A DNA stretch of 11,156 nt from Candidatus Hydrogenedentota bacterium (GTDB lineage Bacteria; Hydrogenedentota; Hydrogenedentia; Hydrogenedentales; SLHB01), in the NCBI GenBank assembly GCA_034408725.1, contig JAWXCN010000001.1, positions 1-11,156 on the forward strand. Reading direction: 5' to 3'. Shown piece after piece: positions 1 to 6,091 of this stretch. Both the position numbers and the translations under genes were made by a program. Positions within the stretch are counted from its first letter, which is position 1; every line of letters begins with the position of its first letter. The notes beneath the pieces were generated by a model, which worked only from the letters and a program-made list of their open reading frames with translations, had not been told where the DNA came from and made no database searches.

Positions 1-230
1 GCCGCCGCACTCCAAGGCGCTCCGCGCGAATTCGAGACGTCATTTGCCCGCGCGCAGCGCCTTGGACTGCGGCGTGTCAGCGCCGCTTTCACTTCGGGGC
101 ACTCGAAATCGTCGAATAAACTTGAAGGCTTCACGAACACACGAAGCCAAGCCAATCGCGCTCAATTACGAAGCGACCTCGCCCAGGAAATGGAAAGCGG
201 CAGCTACCCGCCGCCGCACTCCAAGGCGCT
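1..230. repeat. Cluster of REP-like palindromes in alternating orientation (REPIN/BIME-like)
   Basis: 56..89 (AGCGCCTT-GGAC-T-GCGGCG-tgtcag-CGCCGC-TTT) and 194..230 (minus strand: AGCGCCTT-GGAG-T-GCGGCGGC-gggta-GCTGCCGC-TTT) form an inverted pair around a ~100-bp spacer. 1..21 is an exact copy of 210..230. 3..28 is the reverse complement of 49..74 with 2 mismatches. Confidence 0.8.
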
Positions 231-280
231 TTTCTTGGCGTCACGCCAGTTACCTGGGATTTAAGCGCGATTGCTCTGTC

Positions 281-306
281 AAAGCGCGCGAGGACGCGCG
301 CCCTCC
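281..306 (-). terminator. GC hairpin followed by TTT downstream of the TolC-family gene; weak intrinsic terminator or second REP-like palindrome
   Basis: Minus strand reads GGAG-G-GCGCGCG-tcct-CGCGCGC-TTT (stem 284..290/295..301), about 70 nt past the stop at 374. The U-tract is only 3 nt. Confidence 0.35.
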
Positions 307-373
307 CTTCGCGCCGGGAAAAAATAGAATGTGCCGGTGTTTCAGGCGTTCGTCGCACATTGCATCGGAAGCA

Positions 374-2020
374 TCAGTGTGTGTCGGCGTAGGGAATGAT
401 TGTTTCCGCGGTCGCCGTGCGGACGTTGTGCCACGCCGAGCGGAGTCGAACCCGTGCGAACGCGAGGTTCGCCTGCGCCTCCACCAGGTCCCGCTGGGCC
501 TCGTTCAGCCTGACGACGGGCTCGATCCCACCGGTGAAACCGCGTTCGACAAGATCGCGGTTGCGCTGCACAAAATCGGCATTGGCGCGTTGCAGGACGA
601 GCCGTTCCTGCGCGGCGCGTAGTTCCTCGACCGAGGTGCGGACGTCCGATGCAACCTCCAACTCGATTTCCGCCGCGAGGTATTCGGCCTCGGTGCGCGC
701 CGCCTTGGTCTCCTGCAACCGGCCGAGGTTCCGGCCGCCGGCGAAAATCTCGTAGGAAACGTTTACGCCAATGCTGCTGCTGAAGTCGTCCATGCGGAAT
801 TCAATGTTGTTGTCGCGAAGGGCGTCTTTCGATGCCTGTACGTTGACTTGAGGATAAAATGGCGAACGCGCGCGGCCCACTATCGCATCAGCGCGGTCCG
901 TGTTGTATTGGCTTGCTTCCAGATCGGGCCTGCGCGCCTTGGCCAACGCGACCAGCGGTTCTGGATCAAGCTCACCAAGATCGTTCAATGTCTCCTCAAG
1001 TAGCGGCGCGAGGGCAAGCGTATCCGGCCACCGCGATTCCTCCAGCGCCAGCAGCTCGGCCAAAGCGATTAACGAGGTGTTGAAACTTTCCTTGGCCGTA
1101 ATCAAAGCGGCCCGCGCTGCGTTCACCCGCACTTCAAAATTGAGCTCATCACTCAAAGACCCCGTGCCTACCCGGCGCTTCGTCTTCGCTTCGGACAGCA
1201 ACCGTAGGTTGAATGCTTCATCCGCTTCAGCGATGGCAATGTTCTCGCGCGCAAGCTGGGCCGCGTAATACGCCTGTGCAACCGCGTCAAGAAGAATGCG
1301 GTGGGCTTCGAGGAAGCTGGCTTCTGTTTGCAACCTTCCAAAGCGGGCCTCCGCATTGGAAAACTTCCGGTCGAAACCGTTGAAGACTATCCAGTCGGCG
1401 ACGATGCTAATCGTATAGCGTTCGAGCCGTTCGTCAATGGCATTGCGCGCGTCGATGGACCGGAGCGACGTTTCGAAAAGATCGCGCACAATCGCGCGGT
1501 CCGTATTCGGGACCGTTGGGCGAGGCTGCACTTGCTGGATTACGGGATTGAAAAATTGCGCAATGCGGTCTCCCGTGATCTGCGCGAAGGCCAGGGTCTC
1601 GCTTTGAAGCCTCGCCTGCGTGCCAAGCGCGAATGACACCCAGAAACCATTCGAAGCTGCGCGTTTCGCGAACGAGTAGTCAGTCTCGGATATCCATGTG
1701 TTTGACGCTGACGAAAGCGCGATGACGCTTGGAAACCACGTTGATCGCGCCTGCTTCACGCGCGCCTGCGCCTGCTCGACGCGCGCCGCGGCCGCGAGCA
1801 AAGACGGATTGTCTTTGATGGCAATAGCCTGCGCCTGTTCCAGGTTTAACGTTTCCAATGCAGGTTGCAGCGCCGGCGCCGCTTCCGTCGCGGGTTCGGG
1901 TGGTGGCGGCGATGGAATACTCTCCGGCGTGGGTTCGGGCGATGGCTGCGTTGGAACGGTTTCCTGCGCGCGCGACACCAGCGCCAGGGTGAGCGCGAGG
2001 ACAAGTAGGCGGTACTTCAT
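374..2020 (-). CDS. TolC-family outer membrane efflux protein (~548 aa)
   Basis: Signal peptide MKYRLLVLALTLALVSRA, then a Pro/Glu-rich linker. Two OEP-type repeats follow: LNLEQAQAIAIKDNPSL...ARSTWFPSV...WIVFNGF...VAQAYY and ARRPDL...ARSPFYPQV...YEIFAGG...LNEAQRDL. Start placed at ATG 2020, which has GGGAAC upstream and gives a clean signal peptide, rather than the ORF-track start at 2053. Confidence 0.9.
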   Translation of the reverse strand: MKYRLLVLALTLALVSRAQETVPTQPSPEPTPESIPSPPPPEPATEAAPALQPALETLNLEQAQAIAIKDNPSLLAAAARVEQAQARVKQARSTWFPSVIALSSASNTWISETDYSFAKRAASNGFWVSFALGTQARLQSETLAFAQITGDRIAQFFNPVIQQVQPRPTVPNTDRAIVRDLFETSLRSIDARNAIDERLERYTISIVADWIVFNGFDRKFSNAEARFGRLQTEASFLEAHRILLDAVAQAYYAAQLARENIAIAEADEAFNLRLLSEAKTKRRVGTGSLSDELNFEVRVNAARAALITAKESFNTSLIALAELLALEESRWPDTLALAPLLEETLNDLGELDPEPLVALAKARRPDLEASQYNTDRADAIVGRARSPFYPQVNVQASKDALRDNNIEFRMDDFSSSIGVNVSYEIFAGGRNLGRLQETKAARTEAEYLAAEIELEVASDVRTSVEELRAAQERLVLQRANADFVQRNRDLVERGFTGGIEPVVRLNEAQRDLVEAQANLAFARVRLRSAWHNVRTATAETIIPYADTH

Positions 2021-2210
2021 ATGCGTTCCCGTGCGTATAATACCCATGTTCAACGAAGTGGCGAGGCTTCCCCGCGCTCGATTGGATGCCGCTCCGGTTC
2101 CAAAGGATTAGCGGCATCGTGAACTGCGAAAGGGTATCAGGGTTGCTCGCCGGATGCCAGCATGGCGCGGTTGACGAGAAGGCGGGGCTTGGCGCATCGT
2201 TGCTTGAGAA

Positions 2211-2933
2211 ATGATTTCGCGAACGGCAACACCTCTGGACTACGCATACCTGGGACATCACGCAGGCGCGTGCCCATATCTCCCTGGACGCGACATGCGC
2301 TTGCACTACCTCGACGGAAATCATGCCGGGCATTTGTACCGGCCGTTGATGGACGCCGGCTTTCGCCGCAGCGGACGCCTGTTGTACCGGCCCGAATGCT
2401 TTGAGTGCGACGCGTGCAAGGTACTGCGCGTGCCAGTCGACGCGTTTCGAAAGACGAAAGAACAACGCCGTATTTGGAACCGCGGCGTCCGCGAATTCGA
2501 CGTTCGGATTGCGCAACCGTCCTACAGCGCCGAGAAACTTTCGTTGCAGAAACGTTATCTTGCCTTCCAACACGATCAACAGGACGCTCCCGATCCGGAG
2601 TCCTATGATGCATTCCTCGTGCGGACTTGCCTGGGCAATAACACGCGTGAAATCCAATTTTGGCGCAACGGCATACTATGCGGCCTCGGTGTTTTCGACG
2701 AGTTTATCGACGCGATATCGACCGTCAACTTCTTCTTCGATCCCGAAGTCGCCCGCTGGAGCCCCGGCACATTCTCCGCCCTCGCCGAAATCGAACTCGC
2801 CCGGCAATGGGGCAAGGACTACTACTACCTCGGCTACTACATAGCCGAATGCAACACGATGAATTACAAAACGCGGTTCAAACCCTATGAGATAAAGGAT
2901 ATTGTTGGAAGATGGCGGAGGGGAAACGAGTAG
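2211..2933 (+). CDS. bpt: ATE-family aminoacyl-tRNA--protein transferase (arginyltransferase-like; bacterial Asp/Glu leucyltransferase Bpt)
   Basis: 240 aa with hallmark motifs CPYLPGR, GFRRSG..LYRPEC..C.AC..LR, FFDP....SPGTFS.L.EI and YYYLGYYI.EC..MNYK.RF.P. Confidence 0.9.
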   Translation: MISRTATPLDYAYLGHHAGACPYLPGRDMRLHYLDGNHAGHLYRPLMDAGFRRSGRLLYRPECFECDACKVLRVPVDAFRKTKEQRRIWNRGVREFDVRIAQPSYSAEKLSLQKRYLAFQHDQQDAPDPESYDAFLVRTCLGNNTREIQFWRNGILCGLGVFDEFIDAISTVNFFFDPEVARWSPGTFSALAEIELARQWGKDYYYLGYYIAECNTMNYKTRFKPYEIKDIVGRWRRGNE

Positions 2934-2964
2934 CGAGTAGCGAGGTAGCAAGGTAGAAAGGTAG
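2927..2964 (+). repeat. Short 7/8-mer tandem array overlapping the bpt stop codon
   Basis: CGAGTAG CGAGTAG CGAGGTAG CAAGGTAG AAAGGTAG. The first TAG (2931..2933) is the bpt stop. Confidence 0.7.
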
Positions 2965-2988
2965 CAATCGTTTTTCATCGTTGTGTTT

Positions 2989-3198
2989 TCGTGCTCGTGC
3001 TCGTAATCGTGTGTACGTATTCATCAACGTGTGCCCTTAAGCGCGTCAGCTAAGGTTTTCCCCAGGAGCGACTGGTTATGTTGCGTGGCGCTCTTGGTGC
3101 CTAGGAAAGCGGAAACGGGTTCTGGGCGTGTTGCATCGATTTGGGATCGAAGGGTATCGGAATATCGATTACGATTACGATTACGAACACGAGCACGA
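2989..3198. repeat. 22-bp inverted repeat built from hexamer units
   Basis: 2989..3010 TCGTGCTCGTGCTCGTAATCGT is the reverse complement of 3177..3198 ACGATTACGAACACGAGCACGA at 21/22. The right arm lies in a hexamer run (CGATTA)x3-CGAACA-CGAGCA at 3166..3195. Confidence 0.8.
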
Positions 3199-3314
3199 TA
3201 CCCGACACCCGATACTCGATACCCGACTCCCCATACCCGACACCCGATACCCGATACCCGACTCCCGACACCCGACTCCCGACACCCGCTATCCGATACC
3301 CGCTATCCGATACC
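3196..3314 (+). repeat. Heptamer tandem repeat, 17 units, consensus CGAYACC
   Basis: Units CGATACC/CGACACC/CGACTCC/CGCTATC and variants in exact 7-nt register from 3196 to 3314. The last two units overlap the 3' end of the C69 gene. Confidence 0.95.
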
Positions 3315-4490
3315 CGCCAAGCCCTCCCGCTTCCGCCAGTATTTCTGTACATACCCCGGCCGAATATCCGCCCGATTAACCCCCTTCGCAGCCGCTAACC
3401 ATTTCACCAACAATTCATCATGCTTCGCGAACGCTTCCGCGGACGCCGGCGGGTTCTCGCTCCAGTCCGCCTCCAATGCATTGCGTTCGGGCACATAAAA
3501 ATCGCGGTACGCCGCCGGATTCTGCACCACCAGCCGGTGAAATTGTTCGTGACGCCACCACAACGAATCGTCCCTTTTATCTGTCGGCATTCCCAAATCC
3601 AACGGCTGGTCCAACGCCACCGGTTTGAACAGACTCGTACACGGCGCAGCGGTCGCAGTCGCCCAATGCCGGATGCCGTGCTCCTTCGTCATTTCCGTCA
3701 CCCACGACGCTGTCGTCTGCGACGACGCAATCACCCCGCCGCCGTGCATGCATGGCGACGCCATCGCGCCGTTGATCCATCGGTAGCTCGGTTCCGAATA
3801 CCGCGCGCCGTGATCGCGCAACGCCGCGAACAAATGCGGCACTCCGCGCGTCTTCGCCGAAAGCAGGTGGGTGCGCCCTTGTCGCGTCCGGCACGACGAA
3901 ATCCGGGTCTTCAAATAATCCGAATGTTTCTCCGCGAACGCCGGAATCGTCAGGCCATTCGAAATCGTGCGTGTGCCTTCCACCTTCTCGATCGCGTGCA
4001 ACCGACCCGCCGTCTCCAGCACAAACGCTGATTTCGGATCGGCTACCATGAAACTGTTTTGGTACGCCCACTTCCTCTTCTCGTGGCCCGCGCCGCCGCC
4101 CTGACCATAGTGCTCTAAAAGCGAAACTATCACTTCACATGCCTTCGCCGCGGAATCCGCCCGTTCCAACGCAAGCCGGACAAGGTCCATGCCGATCAAC
4201 CCCGGCTTCGACTCGTTTTTCGTCTTCGTAAACACCGTTTCATTGCCAATGCACACGCCATGCTCGTTCGTGCCCATCTCCGCTCCCCAAATCCAGAAGG
4301 GTTTGCTGAGCAGGGTCGCGTGGGTTTCTTCCACCTGCGGAATCTCAATCCACGTGCATTTTACCTTGCTCCCCGGCCCATACTGCGCGGGCGCGTTCCA
4401 CGCCAGATACTGGGCCTCGTTCGGGTCGCGGTCGGAATTCTTCGCAAAGTACACAGCGTCCTTGCGGACGATCGCGATAGTGTCACACAT
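3303..4490 (-). CDS. Peptidase family C69 (dipeptidase/secernin-like Ntn-hydrolase), 395 aa
   Basis: True start ATG 4490 gives M-CDT, the N-terminal nucleophile Cys, with AGGAG Shine-Dalgarno at ~4502..4506. Motifs FAKNSDRDPNE, WIWGAEMGTNEHGVCIGNE, GMDLVRLALER, YQNSFMVAD...LET and PCTSLFKP. The ORF-track start at 4604 overlaps mpl and is rejected. Confidence 0.9.
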   Translation of the reverse strand: MCDTIAIVRKDAVYFAKNSDRDPNEAQYLAWNAPAQYGPGSKVKCTWIEIPQVEETHATLLSKPFWIWGAEMGTNEHGVCIGNETVFTKTKNESKPGLIGMDLVRLALERADSAAKACEVIVSLLEHYGQGGGAGHEKRKWAYQNSFMVADPKSAFVLETAGRLHAIEKVEGTRTISNGLTIPAFAEKHSDYLKTRISSCRTRQGRTHLLSAKTRGVPHLFAALRDHGARYSEPSYRWINGAMASPCMHGGGVIASSQTTASWVTEMTKEHGIRHWATATAAPCTSLFKPVALDQPLDLGMPTDKRDDSLWWRHEQFHRLVVQNPAAYRDFYVPERNALEADWSENPPASAEAFAKHDELLVKWLAAAKGVNRADIRPGYVQKYWRKREGLAGIG

Positions 4491-4525
4491 GAAAATGAGT
4501 TCTCCTAAAACAAATGGCGCACCGG

Positions 4526-4532
4526 TTATAAT
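4526..4532. promoter_or_regulatory. Candidate -10 element(s) in the C69/mpl divergent gap
   Basis: Perfect TATAAT on + (4527..4532) and overlapping TATAAC on - in a 75-bp gap of a GC-rich genome. No good -35 seen. Confidence 0.35.
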
Positions 4533-4565
4533 CTGCCGCTTCGGAAACTGGAAGGATAGAGCATA

Positions 4566-5990
4566 GTGCCCAACGTTTCCCACAGCAATAAACCACGCGC
4601 GCACGTCTGCGGAATCGGGGGCGCCGCCATGGTCGCGGGCGCGCGGCTCGCCATCGAAGCGGGCTGGGAAGTGCGCGGCAGCGACAACCCGTTGTATCCA
4701 CCCACGTCAGACATGGTGAAATCGTTGGGCGTGCCAGTCGCCGAGGGCTATGCCGCGGCAAACCTCGATTGGAAACCCGACGTCGTCATCATCGGCAACG
4801 TTCTGAGCCGCGGCAATGTCGAAGTCGAGGCCGCTCTTTCGCGGCGCATGCGATACCTGAGCCTGCCCGAATGGCTGAAGGAACATGTGCTCCGCGCGCG
4901 CCGCCCTGTCGCTATCTGCGGCACGCACGGCAAGACCACCACAACCGCGATCACTGCGTACCTGCTCGATGCCTGCGGGTTGAATCCCGGCTTTCTCATC
5001 GGCGGGCAACCCCTCGATTTCGAACATTCCGCGCGGCTCGGCCCGGAAGGCGCGCCGTTCGTAATCGAAGGCGATGAATATGACACCGCATTCTTCGACA
5101 AGCGGGCAAAGTTCCTGCACTACCTTCCTGAAATTGCGGTGGTCACCAGCATTGAATTCGATCATGGGGACATTTATCGGGACATCGAGGAAATCGAAAC
5201 GGCCTTCCAGCGCATGCTGCGGCAAGTCCCGAAGGAAGGTCTTTTGTTGGCATGGTCAGGTTCACCGCGAACCCGCGCATTGTGCGCACACGCATATTCA
5301 AAGGTCGAATCCTACGGTTTTGAAGACGACGCGTATTGGCGCGCGCAGCTTGGCGAAGTCGACGGCGCAGGCCGCACCAAGATGATTGTTCATCGGAATG
5401 GACAGGAGTGGGGAACTGTTCGCGTTCCGCTCGCGGGACGCCACAACGCGCTGAACGCCCTTGCCGCAGTCGCCGTCGCGGCAAACCACGGGGCAAGCGC
5501 CTGCGCCGTCGCGGACGCGCTCGCCGCGTTCAAAGGTGTCCGCCGCCGCATGGAAGTGTTCCTGGAAACGAACGGCGTCACTTTCGTGGACGACTTTGCG
5601 CACCATCCTACCGCCATTCGCGAGACCATCGCCGCCGCACGGCATCGCTGGCCCACACGGCGATTGTGCGTAGTGTTCGAGCCGCGCTCGAATACCACGG
5701 TTACAAACGTCTTTCAGCATGAACTCGTCGAAGCGTTCCGCGCCGCTGACGAAGTATGGCTTGGCCCTATCCATCGCGCCGACACCATTCCCGAGGACAC
5801 CCGCCTGGATCGCGACGCCGTCATCCGCTTGCTCGCCCAATCCGGGGCCAGCGGTCGCGCGGTGGATCGCGTGGAAGAAATTGTCGCTGGCCTAAAGAAA
5901 ACTACACGCACCGGCGACATCGTGCTAATTTTAAGCAACGGCGCTTTCGGCGGAATATACCAAAAGCTTCGCGTCGCGTTTTCCTCATAG
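4566..5990 (+). CDS. mpl: UDP-MurNAc:L-Ala-gamma-D-Glu-meso-DAP ligase (murein peptide ligase; MurC/Mpl family)
   Basis: GIGGAAM, GSD..LYPP.S, P-loop GTHGKTTT, Mpl-typical EGDEYDTAFFDKRAKFLHY, EFDH.DIY, GVRRRME, DDFAHHPTAI, EPRSNT and C-terminal SNGAFGGI. GTG start with GGAAGGA upstream. Confidence 0.92.
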   Translation: MPNVSHSNKPRAHVCGIGGAAMVAGARLAIEAGWEVRGSDNPLYPPTSDMVKSLGVPVAEGYAAANLDWKPDVVIIGNVLSRGNVEVEAALSRRMRYLSLPEWLKEHVLRARRPVAICGTHGKTTTTAITAYLLDACGLNPGFLIGGQPLDFEHSARLGPEGAPFVIEGDEYDTAFFDKRAKFLHYLPEIAVVTSIEFDHGDIYRDIEEIETAFQRMLRQVPKEGLLLAWSGSPRTRALCAHAYSKVESYGFEDDAYWRAQLGEVDGAGRTKMIVHRNGQEWGTVRVPLAGRHNALNALAAVAVAANHGASACAVADALAAFKGVRRRMEVFLETNGVTFVDDFAHHPTAIRETIAAARHRWPTRRLCVVFEPRSNTTVTNVFQHELVEAFRAADEVWLGPIHRADTIPEDTRLDRDAVIRLLAQSGASGRAVDRVEEIVAGLKKTTRTGDIVLILSNGAFGGIYQKLRVAFSS

Positions 5991-6091
5991 CGCCTTGGTT
6001 GCCGGCCGCGCCGCGTATTACTACTTTTGTCAGGGGACTTTTTGTGATAGCAGGATCAGATTGGAATGCAAGAATCAAAAGCGGCATCCCC

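Noticed and set aside
44..622. 192-aa ORF (+) and 131..358 ORF (-)
   Set aside because: They run through REP palindromes, and the + ORF also runs antisense to the TolC-family gene. Neither has protein-like motifs.
2189..2204. Sigma-54-like TTGGCGCATCGTTGCT upstream of bpt
   Set aside because: GG-to-GC spacing is 9 nt rather than the required 10.
1680..2657. 325-aa minus-strand ORF and other long shadow ORFs
   Set aside because: They overlap well-supported genes out of frame or antisense, as expected at high GC.
3196..3314. Possible CRISPR array
   Set aside because: Contiguous 7-nt units with no spacers and no cas genes.
3031..3498. ORFs 3031..3498, 3101..3352, 3128..3379 and 3141..3398 with TRYPIPD-like repeats
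   Set aside because: They are translations of the heptamer/hexamer array, open in several frames, and overlap the C69 gene.
4491..4604. N-terminal extension of the C69 ORF
   Set aside because: The family needs Cys at the mature N-terminus. ATG 4490 gives M-C and has an AGGAG RBS.
4566..5990. murC
   Set aside because: The YPP.S, DTAFFDKR.KF.HY, EPRSNT and SNG.FGGI motifs and the absence of a dcw cluster favour mpl.
5756..6091. N-terminal extension of the 689-aa ORF
   Set aside because: It overlaps mpl and is Arg-rich with no motifs. ATG 6092 gives a proper signal peptide.
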